64,000 nt of DNA, from the NCBI RefSeq assembly GCF_006345805.1, contig NC_043000.1:85870001-85934000 (forward strand). Direction: 5' to 3'. Under the pieces are notes generated by a model that did no database searches, had not been told where the DNA came from, and worked only from the letters and a program-made list of their open reading frames with translations. Of this stretch, positions 13,035 to 26,710 are shown in pieces. The translations under genes were made by a program, and so were the position numbers. How positions within the stretch are numbered: position 1 is the first letter of the stretch; the number at the start of each line of letters is the position of its first letter. Source of the stretch: Octopus sinensis. Its lineage: Eukaryota.

Positions 13035-13252
13035 TTTTACTCTTTTACTTGTTTCAGTCATTTGACTGTGGCCATGCAGGAGCACTGCCTTTAGTCGAGC
13101 AAATCGACCCCAGGACTTATTCTTTGTAAGCCTAGTACTTATTTCATCGGACTCTTTTGCCGAACCGTTATGGGGACATAAACATACCAGCATCAGTTGT
13201 CAAGCGATGTTGGGGGGGACAAACACAGACACACAAACATACACACAAACAT

Positions 13253-13285
<33 letters not shown>

Positions 13286-13478
13286 AATACAATGGGCTTC
13301 TTTCAGTTTCCGTCTACCAAATCTACTCACAAGGCTTTGGTCGGCACAAGGCTTTGGTCAGCACAAGGCTTTGGTTGGCCCAAGGCTATAGTAGAAGACA
13401 CTTGCCACGCAGTGGGACTGAACCCGGAACCATGTGGTTGGTAAGCAAGCTACTTACCACACAGCCACTCCTACGCCT
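13035..13478 (-). mobile_element. SINE family C, full length (reverse)
   Basis: Reverse complement reads taggcgtaggagtggctgtgtgg (A-box-like)...gggttcagtccc (B-box-like)...microsatellite...aagtaaaagag. Confidence 0.9.
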
Positions 13479-16256
13479 ACTTGTTAAATTTTATCTGTTA
13501 TTATATAGTTAAGAAATCTTTAAGGGTGTCCTTGCAACTCACTATTAACATCACCATGGAAACCAAACTGTTTATTATTGTTGCAGCTGTTGTTAGTTTA
13601 TACTTGAGCCAAATGAGAGCATGAAAATGGTTGACTAAATAAAGTATCAGATTAGCCTTAGCTGCAGCTGTTCCATTTTAACAATGAATCATACTGTTCT
13701 TAAATTTAGGATTTAAAATGTAGTGACTCTAGATTAAGAATGGTTGGGAATTTGTTGAAGAGAAATTGGCTGTTATATAGAAGCTCTTATACTGAAGTTT
13801 TGGCACATGGAAACAAAGAAGTAGAGACAGAAAAACATTTCTATAAAATATTTCTAAGTGTATGTAAACCATTATATCAAAACCGGCAGACAAAAATAAG
13901 AAAAAAATGAATAATTGAATTAAAGTTGTTTACTGATTGCTTTTAAGTTTTTACAAATAGTTAAAAGATAGGACACCAGCTATAAATGTTATATTCTATT
14001 ATTTCTTAGACTGTTTTCTAACAATACCTTCAATGAATGTTTTATCTTTCAGTCTCTTTCTCTGTCTGTCGGTCTCTCTTTCTCCTTGTTTCTCTGTTTC
14101 TCTCACACTCACATGTTTATATATGTTCACACTTCCCTTAAAAGCATATTTCCAGATTTTTCCTTTATTTTTAGATTCACTTAAATTCTGATGCATATGA
14201 TCATAATTTTGTAAATATTTAATATTTTATTTTTTATCTATCATAAAAGATTTCCAGTGGAATTATCCAAAATAGACAATAGTCATTCAATATATCTTTA
14301 CTTCTGTCTGGTCAATTATAAATGTTTATTTTATCATTCATTACTCACATCAAGATTAGTTTTGTTGTCTTCCCAAAACCTTCTCTTTGTTGTTGTAATT
14401 GTTGTTACTGTTGTTGCTTTCTCTGAAATTAGGTGACATTTTCTATTCTACAAATGTATTATATTTCAACTGTTGGTGGCTACCAATCTAACTTAGTGAC
14501 TTAATTGTTTTCATTTTTAGATTTTTATACAATTTTATTCAGTATTTCTTAAATTCTACTTCCATTTTTAAATACTTGAAAAATTTTGTTTTAACAGACT
14601 TATATTTTAAATATTTTGCACTCCAAAAAGTAAACTGAGAAACCCCCAAACACTAATTAGTTTCATCTACTTGTATAATATGGAAGCAAATATCTTATAA
14701 ATATTTTATTGTAAATGACAGAAATATCCCACTTCAAGGCAAAAATACAAAAAAAGCAAAAAATGAAAAATAAAAACCTGAAAAAACAACAATTAATGTA
14801 CATTAAAAATGCAGGATTAAATAATTAATGGAACTTATAGTTTTAGTTAAAGATATCCTATCTATGAATTGCTAAGTAGTGGGCAGGCCACGTTTTCATA
14901 TTACTGCAAGATTTTATTTACTTATGTGATAAATACAGCAAACTACTTGAGCTTAAGTGATTACAGATATCTTCTAGAGGCTTTTGTGATAAAACATATA
15001 GCTATAACTGATTAGATTTATTGACATTTTCCAGAAATTCAAGCATTGGTTGCTAATTGAATTGAGAAAATGTGCAATAATGAAGAATAGTGAAACAGTG
15101 AAATAACAAATGTAAATTTGAACTTATGATTATTGCTAGGTAATCCGGTAATATATCCTTAAGGTCCTTTTATCTCAATTTATTCCTGATTAAAACCTCA
15201 TCACCAAAAAGAAAAAAAACCCAAAATACACCATCAATAATATATTGATGAATAAGAAGACAAAAACAAGAGACAAAGGTAACAAAATCTACATCAGTTT
15301 CATAGCATCGCCACTGCTTACAGCAAAATATTAATACTAACTTAAACTCTATGATATTAGAGTTAGGTGAATTTGGTCATTAACTTTTTTGTTACTGTAA
15401 TTCTGTTGACATACACTGCTTTTGTTTCAGCTAATTTTTGAAATAATGAAGAATTCAGTAAATTAACTTTGCCATTATTAAGGTGGTATTTAGAATATAA
15501 ATTAACATAAAATTTTGATGAAAGACTTTAAATTAGATTATTTTAAACAGGGACAGTCTGAGACAGATGTATATCTAATAGATTAAAACAGCAAATTTAT
15601 ATTATAGAACCAAGGGATGTCTGATCAGATTGGTGTCAAAAGGGTTAGAAAGTGTAAATATCAAATTTTACAAGGTAATAGTATCAGACCATGTGAGTGT
15701 CAACATGTAATTTTTTTCCATTTAGATTAAAACAATATATCATCGGCACAGGTTCAGTAATATTATGTGTCAAAAGTGAAAGAATAACATCTATATTGTA
15801 ATGTGATATAATAGTTTCACTTTCATACTTTCACTTTTAATTCTAATGTGATAACACTTAGATCATCTTATTTCTATTATACTTGAAATAAATCAATAAT
15901 TTACATCCTAGTGTGAACAACGTTATGTAATGGCAACTTTCCGTCTTTATGGCCACCACAGCAGAATGGTGTGTCAGTGCATGTGTTGACTGACAAACGA
16001 AAGGTTGGATGTGAAACTCTTGACAAAAAACAATGAGGTGGCAGATCCGAAGTATGTAAAAATACACATTTACCATTCAATTACCAGTTAATAATTATCA
16101 CAGCAGTTGCTTCTATTTGGTTAAGTTGCTTATATTTGGGTAATCCATACTGCATACAAAAATAACGACATACTACATACAACTACTTACAAAAATAGAA
16201 ATTAATGAATAATTTTTTCTATGTTCATAATTTTTTGTTTAAAATATTGAAAAAAT

Positions 16257-17130
16257 ATGTCACCAAATACGTAGTCTCTTCAGAAACAAGTATAAAGCAA
16301 GGAGGATTGTAGAAAACCGAAGGCTAGAGTCTCGAGAGAGAAGGGAGATGAGACTTTCTCAAGATCAGCAAATGCATACTGCAGCATGTCAAATGGAGTC
16401 TCAAGAGAGTAGAGAGAGATGAGACTTTCCCAAGGTCAGCAAATGCATACTGCAACACGTCAGATGGTCTCTCAATTCAGAAGGGAGATGAGACTTTCCC
16501 AAGATCAGCAAATGCATGCTGCAGCACATCATATGGGGTCTCAAGACAGAAGCAAGAAGAGACTTCCTCAAGATCAACAAAGGTATGCTGCAGCACATCA
16601 GACAGTCTCTAGAGAGAAGGGAGATGAGACTTTCCCAAGATCAGCAAATGCATGCTGCAGCACTTAATGCTGGATTATTAAAACAACGTTTTAAGGATTA
16701 GACAGAGGCCCAATAAAATAGCTCTCAGAAACAGACTACATACAAATTCATTTGTCACAACTCCTGGAGCTGCTTTCAGATAAATGATAATTTTGTCCAA
16801 ATTGGTGTGCTAAGCTCAAATTGTTGTTTCTGCAAAGCTTTGAAATTTCCAAATGAAACTAATGGAATGTGCAGCTCAGCACTATCAGGTCCTGCTCAAC
16901 CTGTTACAGATCTTCTGGAAGGTACTTCCATCCAGTCAAAGGATTTTCTGAACAATATCAGACAATATAACTCTGCATTTCAAATGACATTGTTTGGTGC
17001 ATCTAAGAAGATAGCTGAACATGGATTTATGCTGACGTTCAAAGTTCAAAGGCAAGTTCATCACCTCATTGGTTCCCCGTTACCCACAAATGAACAACTA
17101 CAATTCCTCCAAATTTACTTTATGAGTGAT
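16257..17130 (+). mobile_element. Helitron Rep/helicase N-terminal fragment (degraded)
   Basis: C..CKALKFPNETNGMC and FLNNIRQYNSAFQMTLFGA..FKVQRQVHHLIGS..FLQIYF match the conserved Helitron Rep N-terminal block; preceded by the charged repeat region typical of these ORFs. Confidence 0.85.
16327..16670 (+). repeat. Five ~69-bp tandem units encoding ESQERREMRLSQDQQMHAAAHQM-like 23-aa repeats (Helitron N-terminus)
   Basis: Recurring gagatgagactttcccaagatcagcaaatgcatgctgcagca at about 69-bp period. Confidence 0.85.
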
Positions 17131-17139
17131 GTAAGACAA

Positions 17140-17380
17140 CAAGGGTTGTGTTATACACAGCACCAACCACTGCAAAGGAGAGTATATCCACCGACAGCTT
17201 TTCAGGGCATTCAAAAATCACATAACCCCCAACCCCAATTTTCCACGACAGGTTAGGCTCTGGAATTCTCCAAGTGGACTCATGGCATGTTGCTTAGTCG
17301 AATTAGCTCCTCATTTACTCCACAAATGTTTTGTCATCAATGCTGCACTTCTCCATATCACCTGTTTCAACATAACTGTA
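17140..17380 (+). mobile_element. Probable CR1/L2-group LINE 3' end remnant
   Basis: Translates FPRQVRLWNSP, resembling the FFPRTIRLWNSLP C-terminal motif of CR1/L2/Jockey-group ORF2. Confidence 0.45.
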
Positions 17381-17461
17381 ATATATATATATATATATAT
17401 ATATACAAACTATGCCATTTTAATCCAAGCAACGCTGGGTATCTCTGCTAGTTTCTTACAT

Positions 17462-17825
17462 ATTGTGAATGCAAAGGACATGCAAAGGCTTCAAAGAAAT
17501 GAAGCCAGTATACTCTGCTGGATGTGCAATATCAGTATGCATGTATGACAAAGTGCAAAGGTGTTGAGTGAAAAATTGGGTATAAGAGGCATCAGAGGCA
17601 GTGTACAAGAGTGAAGACTGTGCTTGTATGGTCTTGTGATGAATATGGATGAAGACAGCTGCATAAAGAAGTGCTGATCTTTGAACATGGAGGGAACCTG
17701 TGAAAGAGGAAGACCCAAGAAGATGTGGAACAAAGTGGTGAAAAATGATCTTCAAATGTTGAGTCTCACAGAAAAGATGACAAAGGATGGAGACAATTAG
17801 CAATTTGCTGTGTTTGAGAAGGCTT
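17462..17825 (+). mobile_element. Old RTE ORF C-terminal fragment
   Basis: AKDMQRLQRNEASILCWMCN..GRPKKMW aligns with the RTE ORFs at 43998 and 51007; contains stops. Confidence 0.85.
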
Positions 17826-18269
17826 ATGAAATTTGAGGCCATAAAAGTATGTCCTTTATTTCTATGCCTCTGCATACAATCTGACAACTCTCCCCCACAT
17901 CTCATTTTCCTAACACCTTTCCCCACCTATGTTTCCCTCTATCTCCCACTCTCCCTCACAAACCTACCCACACACAATATGTCCTTGTTGAATCTCTTCC
18001 TCTCAACATACTGTTATGGTGTCCTCTTACTACATTCATCCCTCCTCTTCACCTTTCACTCTTTTTGTATTCTCATGAACTTACTCACTCTATCCAATCC
18101 CGGGTTCCCTTTACTACATACACCTTCCTATAACTTGGGTGAACACCCCTTTACATCTTATCTCTCTCTCTACCTGAATGCAAAACACTTATTATGGCAA
18201 AACACTTATTTCTGTCTCTCTATTCATATCGTAACTTCTCATCACCTAACACTAAGCCACCTCCCTCAG

Positions 18270-18515
18270 TACTACTCCCCACTCTGCCAAGGGTCCTTGT
18301 CTTGCAAGTTACTTAGTCAGCTTACTGCTGTGGTACTACGTAAAAAAGCATCCAGTACACTCTGTAAATGGTTGATCTTAGAAAGGACATCCAGTCATAG
18401 AAACCATGCCAAAGCAGACAGTAGAACTTGGCACACTTATCTAATTTGCCAGCTCCTGCTAAATCGTCCAACCCATGCCAGCATGGAAGGAGGATATTAA
18501 ATGATGATAATGATG
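18270..18515 (+). mobile_element. RTE-type 3' tail fragment
   Basis: gaaaggacatccagtcatagaaaccatgcc...aacccatgccagcatggaag..ttaaatgatgataatgat. Confidence 0.65.
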
Positions 18516-20159
18516 ATATCATTTTTTGTTGGTGGTTAACCCCAGGTTAGCTGTGATTGGGCAGAACTATTAATAGTAGTATTTCAACCATGACTCTCCT
18601 ATTTAGGAGTAAATTGCCAAATGCAAACTTATTTTTGTAAGACAGTAGTGCATGATTTAAGAGACTGCTGCTATTCCTAACAAATCAAATATCCACAAAG
18701 AGTCACTTCATTATATTATACTAGCGCTGATCAGCTAAAATCTTACTTTAAAATTCATGTTATAATTAGATTTTGATCAAGATTTTAATTTAAATGGGAA
18801 CACTTCAGTATGGGTAGTCTCAGTTGGATTGGTATTGAAAGGGTGGCTCAACAGATAAACTGGATAGCAATAAAGAGGCAAGTGTCTTATAGCGAAGCAA
18901 GATTGGAATCTATATCTATAAAAGTGAGTTTGTGCGTGTGTGTGTGCATTTGTTCCTTATGCCTTCCAAAACTGAGTTGCTGATTTTGAAGTATGGGGTA
19001 TCAAAAGATTCAGTAGGCTTTTGGCTACCAACTAAACTATATTTTTGTTCACATGTCTGCATTACAAAAATTTAACATTGTCATTTTTCTTTTAGTCACC
19101 TATTGTAAATGACATTTTATATCACCACCACAATGACAATGACATCACATTTTCTGTATGAGTGTGTTTGTTAACAAGATATGTGTGTGATGGTGTATGT
19201 GTCTGTCAGTATACATATATTTTTGTGACGATTGACATAGACTTCAGGTATGCATTAATGCGTGTGTGTGTGTGTGTTTGTCTTAGTTTATGTATATAAC
19301 TTTCTCCTGCCCAACAGTGAAATACGCTGATATTGAAAGCTTAGTTACAACCTGGACTTTAAACGAATGACAACGTTCACTTCCAAGTACTACCAACATG
19401 AAGATTTGGCTGATTTAACACCACTCACAATATTCGCAAATATATCTGAAAAAAAAATGTTATTCTGGTTATTATAATAAATTCAGAAACTTGGCGAAGT
19501 AGAAAGCCCCAGCAGCTCTTTCAATATAATTACAGAAATGTTATTCCACTCCTTCTAACCAGTTTCAAGATAATGATTTTTAACAGTCCTCCTGAGCTTC
19601 TTCATCATTGTGAGTATCAACATCGCACAACCATTTTACTGTGTTACTCAGTATTTATTCTACAGTCTATAATGTTACACAGTTAAAAAATATGTAGTAA
19701 TGTCAAATTAATTTATATCTTGCTCCATACATCCTTCAGCAAATATTTAAAATTAATGTTCACAACAACAGCATTTTCCTTTCTACACACTTGGTTCAAT
19801 GTTTGTTTGAAAATTGTAAAATGAATTATTTTTGTATGAAAAATTGAATTATGCCTTCTGAATTTTCTTGGACTCTCACTTTCTTCACCGTGATATTCAA
19901 TTGTGAATTTTATAACATTTAGTACAAATAAATGTTGACTTTCTGTACTTTGGTACATTGGTGATGCATAGTAACTTTTGCTAAATTGGTGACTTCCCAT
20001 TTTTTCATAGCATGCTACAGAAAGTATGTTTTGCACCTATATTGACTACATTTCATTTCGCTTGAACTTTGTATGTGTACATTTTGCTGTTTTCAATATT
20101 ATCAATTCTATAAGTGTGTGTTTCTGCATTCCTTACATCTATAGTAAACTATAGTAAAG

Positions 20160-20490
20160 AACATTTTACATGGTTTTAATGAGTCCACATCTAATGATGT
20201 AGCCATCCTTATGGTTGGTGATCCCCATGAAAATCATAATATTCTCATTCATGTTTGAGATAACAACCTTAAACGCGTTTCACAGACTCATCCCTCTTAT
20301 CATGCTCTCCAGTATACTCTTATTCTGTGGAATGGACAAGATGGGTATCATTTCAATATTCCATGGACTGAACCTGCAACAGGATAGCTAATTAGAAACA
20401 AAAAGGTGCCATCAAATGACTTCTGTTCTTACCAACTGATGTTAAGACCAGAACAATCAAATCAATTACACATGTGAAATAAACTTTATT
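20160..20490 (+). mobile_element. Helitron Rep fragment 2 (continuation of 16257-17130)
   Basis: Manual translation gives GFNESTSNDVAILMVGD..LKRVSQTHPSYHALQYTLILWNGQDGYHFNIP..KKVPSNDFCSYQLMLR, matching the Helitron FNAPT.NEVA..HRSYDALQYPL..GEDG block; in-frame stops. Confidence 0.8.
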
Positions 20491-20978
20491 TTCATTTACA
20501 TATTTTCTATGTTATCTCATCAACCAGCTATAGTTGTTTCAGATAGACTTCTTTACAACGACCAAGTTTCATTGGAAAATGAAAATAGTTGCACACTTTC
20601 AATTTGAACCAAAATTACAAAGTGTTGCATTACAAGAGTGATGATGTGTGAATAATGAAAGTAATGTTTTTCTGAATTAGTCACATCTGTATTATAACAA
20701 AGAAAGCTGCTTATTATCTCTGTACCAAATAACCTACGTTTTTGACTCAACAACTATTTTTTACAATTAAAATAACCTCGGTAACTAGGTTGGGTCGCAC
20801 AATTTTGAGGTCATATTAGGACAATATTTTCATTTGCTTCCAATGTTTCATGCATGCGTTGACTTCTACTCAGACAAACATTTATGAAAATGTACACATA
20901 AATATGGTATTAAAATAAGCCACAACCAAAAGAATTGCATTAAAAGACATCCATTTATCTATGTTATGAGAAAATAGT

Positions 20979-21158
20979 CACACACACACACACACACACA
21001 CACTCTCTCTCTTTTTCTCAGGCACAAAAAAGATGTATACATATGTATTTATGGGCGAAGGTAAAGAATACGCACTCCTGGTGTTTAGGGTTAGGGTTAC
21101 GCCAAAAACGGGTGGTGTGTGTATTGTTTACATCCACTATGTATGTGTATATGAAAGA

Positions 21159-21237
<79 letters not shown>

Positions 21238-22096
21238 TGAGTGCCACTTACGCATACAGGCAAAAAAATTCAAACATCACACACACGTCCATTTCATATA
21301 CACATGCTTCTTATACTTTCTCCTCTCACTTCAAAGCAAATGTCACCTTTTCACTCTGCCCTCTCTTCAAAGCATACAGAAGCTAAAACAATTTTACAGA
21401 AATTAACGAAAAATCATATGATCCCATATATGTTGAGTTGACAACTTTGCTTCTTCAAATGAAAGAATACCATAAAATAACTTCCTTTGAAACACATACA
21501 CACAGTCTAGGTAAAACTTCTGTGAAAATTATGGACTACAGACCATCTTTGTTAGTCAGACAACCTCAGTTGTAAGCCAACACTATCAAATTTGGTTACT
21601 CCCATGTAATGACTGCAGCCACTAATGTGTTCATACTCCAGTGAATGGTGACTGAGCATCCTATCCAACCATCTGTAGTATCCACTGTCAACATTCTGTC
21701 CAAACATGTAGACATAAAAATAAAGACAACAGTTGGTGTTGATTCGATTGCATGAATACCATATGACCTGACCTGTTCGATAGAAGCCTAAGAACCTACA
21801 AGCCATCATGTATTTCTCTCAAACTTTCCATGCTGCTTCCTAACATCTGATGAGATGGATATATCCTAGATGCTCATGAATCTTTAAGTCGTGTGGACGG
21901 GAGACAGTTATTAAATATATATATATATTCTTTTATTTGTTTCTGTCATTTGACTGCAGCAGTGTTGGGACACCATCTTGAAGGGTTTTAGTTGAACAAA
22001 TCAACCTCAGAACTTATTTTTAAAGCCTAATACCTATTCTATCAGTCCCTTTTGCTGAACTGCTAATTTACAGGAATGTAAACACACCAACACTGG

Positions 22097-22146
<50 letters not shown>

Positions 22147-22754
22147 TGTTGCTTTTGAAGACTTCTATGACTTTTTGTTGCCATCCATTTCCATTATTAG
22201 GAATTTGATTTGGGAGCTTGAGTCATTGTGAATCTTTCATTAGCTGATTACACAACCATGGATACCACCCCTATGGATGCATTGCAGTTACTCTCTTGAT
22301 AGAACTTAGTGATGCTGACCGTTGATCCTGACTGCAGGATTCCTCTACTCAGCACCAATGTCAGAAGCACTGTTGGCTCAGTTGAGCTCTTCCGCTACTT
22401 CTTCACAATCAACCATGCTGCAGTCTCATGACTTTACCATGTCCTGACAGGGTGACTGAAGGGGTGCTATACTTTATTAAAGAGCAGCCCATAACTATCA
22501 TGCAGGGCATTGGTTGTCACTCAGTGAGGTATTTTCTAAATACCTGCATACATACATACACACACACATGCACACACACACACACACACACACACACTCT
22601 CTCTCTCTTTTTCTCAGGCACAAAAAAGATGTATACATATGTATTTATGGGCGAAGGTAAAGAATACGCACTCCTGGTGTTTAGGGTTAGGGTTACGCCA
22701 AAAACGGGTGGTGTGTGTATTGTTTACATCCACTATGTATGTGTATATGAAAGA

Positions 22755-22826
<72 letters not shown>

Positions 22827-23685
22827 TGAGTGCCACTTACGCATACAGGCAAAAAAATTCAAACATCACACACACGTCCATTTCATATACACATGCTTCT
22901 TATACTTTCTCCTCTCACTTCAAAGCAAATGTCACCTTTTCACTCTGCCCTCTCTTCAAAGCATACAGAAGCTAAAACAATTTTACAGAAATTAACGAAA
23001 AATCATATGATCCCATATATGTTGAGTTGACAACTTTGCTTCTTCAAATGAAAGAATACCATAAAATAACTTCCTTTGAAACACATACACACAGTCTAGG
23101 TAAAACTTCTGTGAAAATTATGGACTACAGACCATCTTTGTTAGTCAGACAACCTCAGTTGTAAGCCAACACTATCAAATTTGGTTACTCCCATGTAATG
23201 ACTGCAGCCACTAATGTGTTCATACTCCAGTGAATGGTGACTGAGCATCCTATCCAACCATCTGTAGTATCCACTGTCAATATTCTGTCCGAACATGTAG
23301 ACATAAAAATAAAGACAACAGTTGGTGTTGATTCGATTGCATGAATACCATATGACCTGACCTGTTCGATAGAAGCCTAAGAACCTACAAGCCATCATGT
23401 ATTTCTCTCAAACTTTCCATGCTGCTTCCTAACATCTGATGAGATGGATATATCCTAGATGCTCATGAATCTTTAAGTCGTGTGGACGGGAGACAGTTAT
23501 TAAATATATATATATATTCTTTTATTTGTTTCTGTCATTTGACTGCAGCAGTGTTGGGACACCATCTTGAAGGGTTTTAGTTGAACAAATCAACCTCAGA
23601 ACTTATTTTTAAAGCCTAATACCTATTCTATCAGTCCCTTTTGCTGAACTGCTAATTTACAGGAATGTAAACACACCAACACTGG

Positions 23686-23735
<50 letters not shown>

Positions 23736-24182
23736 TGTTGCTTTTGAAGACTTCTATGACTTTTTGTTGCCATCCATTTCCATTATTAGGAATTTGATTT
23801 GGGAGCTTGAGTCATTGTGAATCTTTCATTAGCTGATTACACAACCATGGATACCACCCCTATGGATGCATTGCAGTTACTCTCTTGATAGAACTTAGTG
23901 ATGCTGACCGTTGATCCTGACTGCAGGATTCCTCTACTCAGCACCAATGTCAGAAGCACTGTTGGCTCAGTTGAGCTCTTCCGCTACTTCTTCACAATCA
24001 ACCATGCTGCAGTCTCATGACTTTACCATGTCCTGACAGGGTGACTGAAGGGGTGCTATACTTTATTAAAGAGCAGCCCATAACTATCATGCAGGGCATT
24101 GGTTGTCACTCAGTGAGGTATTTTCTAAATACCTGCATACATACATACACACACACATGCACACACACACACACACACACAC
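20979..24182 (+). repeat. Near-identical tandem duplication, 2 x ~1.59 kb, bounded by (CA)n tracts
   Basis: ORF pairs are offset by 1589 bp (21552/23141, 22428/24017). Only two substitutions seen outside microsatellites (21692/23281, 21702/23291). Confidence 0.95.
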
Positions 24183-24199
24183 GCATATATACATATATA

Positions 24200-24430
24200 A
24201 TTTAAATGAGGAAAAGAGAAATTCAAATTGATGATACAATATTTTCTCTAAACGAATGTTGTTTACTCCTTACTACACATAAAGCTAAGCAATACATACA
24301 ATATATACGATAAAATTATTTGCATATATTGTATGAATTATATAACTTTATATGTGGTTTGGAATGAACAGTCTTTGTTTATGGAAACAATTGTAACATC
24401 GATTTGAATTTCTCTTTTCCTCATTTAAAT
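24200..24430. mobile_element. MITE-like element, TA-flanked
   Basis: 29-bp perfect TIR atttaaatgaggaaaagagaaattcaaat, extending to about 41 bp with 2 mismatches; TA at 24198-24199 and 24431-24432; no coding capacity. Confidence 0.8.
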
Positions 24431-24647
24431 TATTTCTATTATACACTCTGTGAGTTATACATTATGCCAACTGGATTTGTGAAGTACTTCCCTTTGTAGT
24501 CAGTTGGAGTTTAATTAATGCTCCTTTGGTTATTGGAATACTATGCAAGCCAGTTTCCTACATGGAGTGCTGATGAGATGATAGCCTGGATCATAATTAT
24601 CCCCTCCATTAATCTCTCTTGCTCTCTCCCTCTCTCTATATATGTGT

Positions 24648-24699
<52 letters not shown>

Positions 24700-25454
24700 C
24701 ATGTATACCTATATATGATTAGATATAGGATTTATAAACAATTTCTATGTATAGTAATAATAAATATATTAGTCCTTGAAAAATTTGATAATGTAAAGAG
24801 TTCCTTTTACTGTACAGATGCTTTTGGATGTAGTTGAATGAAATACATTGATTTATTATTAGCTTAATCATAAAAAACTCTAGTAATAGTTCTGTAATAA
24901 CTTAACACATATGTACCTTATAACTGATAAACAAAAAGGGAAACAGTAATATTTAGAAACAAAATAATATTTATAATGTTACTATGCAACTGCACATTTT
25001 TAAAAATCAAAGTGTTAATATATCTGATAATTGGAGGATAATCAAAATAGAATACAGTGTGGAAATATCAGTGGATTGGTTGAAAAAGATATCTTTTTTT
25101 CACAAACTAAACCAGAAATTTAACTTTATTGATTTAAATAGGAAGTGACAAAATTAATTGAATAAAGAGTCTTATTGGTTTATATCTGAGATGATCGTGT
25201 TAGATCTATAACCTGACAGAACAAGCGTAAATTTTGCTGGCTCACAGTCTTGTTGAATTCACTAAGAAAATTTTTAACTATCAGGCAGAATACACTTAGC
25301 TTGATGTCTGTCATTTAGTAATGAGAAACATAAAACCAATGTGATCTATTCAATATCATTTTCACTCTTTCTTATGATATAACACATTACAAAAAGAATA
25401 AATGGATATATTTTTGGTTATCCTGAATTTATATATTTCTAATTAACTGGTATA

Positions 25455-25645
25455 GGTATAGGAGTGGCTGTGTGGTTAAGAAGATCATTTTCCAACTATT
25501 TGGTCTTCATTTCACTTCCACTGCATGGCACTTTGAACAAGTATCTTCTACTATAGCTTTAGGCCAACCAAATCCTTGTCGGTGGATTTGGTAGACAGAA
25601 ACTGAAAGAAGCCAATCATACACACATATGTACAAACGTGCGTAC

Positions 25646-25676
<31 letters not shown>

Positions 25677-26065
25677 TGTATGTATGTATGTATGTATGTA
25701 TGTATGCATGCATGCATGTATGTATGTATGTATATATGCATATATGTGTGTATGTATGTATGTATGTATGTATGTGTGTGTGCATGTGTGTGTATGTATG
25801 TGTGTATGTATGTATTGTATTTGGCTGTGTGTGTTTGCGTGTATCCTCATTTTGACAACATTTGATATCTGTATCACTGACTCATGTGATGTTGCTTACT
25901 TCCAGTACCTTGAAAAAAAACATTCCTGACTGGAGAAAATACTACCTTGATTGGAAACAGGTGAGGATTGGTGTCAAGATGGGTATCTTCTTGGAGAGAA
26001 ATTGCCTCAACAAATCTTACCTGACACATGCAAACATAGATAAGTGGATATTAAAACGATGATGA
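25455..26065 (+). mobile_element. SINE with family C head, (TATG)n tract and RTE-type tail
   Basis: ataggagtggctgtgtggttaag head; tail ggaaacaggtgaggattgg..gcctcaacaaat..gtggatattaaaacgatgatg, as at 10597-11050. Confidence 0.65.
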
Positions 26066-26710
26066 AGGTTGTACATATCTTATACAGTTGATGTAGAGAT
26101 TTAAGCACATGTATGTTAATTAAGTGGTGTATATCTTCTACAGAAGAATAGAAAAAGTGGATCTAGTTGGCTTGGCTGCTAGCATCAATTCTGTTCAAAT
26201 TGATTTCATATTCAGTGTAATGTTACACTTTTATTGGCTAATGAATGATTTAAAAATCATTTTAACTATAAATCAATAAATAAAGAGTTATTAACAATTA
26301 AAGTTTGAAGATTTCGATAATTTTAGCCAATCGTAAGCCACAGACACATCCATGCCTGTTTCCATAGAAACAAGTGGAATATAAGAACTCTTTTGTCTGT
26401 GAGAAAGCATGTGTTGACAAATATATTGGAACCACTTGTTTTACTAATCTGTTGACAATTAAGTATGTGAATTTATGAACTGGTCAACAAAATTTAAAAA
26501 AGAAAAATTTAATTTGTAATGTGTTGTTCATCACATTTGCATTAAATGCATATTGAATACTTAAAACTACTTGTTTACTTGTTTCTTTTAGTCATTGAAG
26601 TGGTCGTGAGGTGTGCTAAAAATAACAGCTAAATAAAGTTTTTGGGATAAATCTTTTAAAATAACATAAACATTTATTTACATGAAAGAAAATTACTAGA
26701 GAAAATTATA

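Noticed and set aside
16327-16670. Regularly spaced repeats as a possible CRISPR-like array
   Set aside because: Contiguous in-frame coding repeats without unique spacers, in eukaryotic DNA.
17787-18500. 237-aa plus-strand ORF
   Set aside because: Spans an RTE remnant, pyrimidine-rich low-complexity DNA and an RTE tail; no coherent protein.
20270-20315. Reverse-strand GAAACGCGT resembling a hammerhead 3' half
   Set aside because: No CUGANGA or stem II upstream; the sequence is Helitron coding DNA (KRVSQTH).
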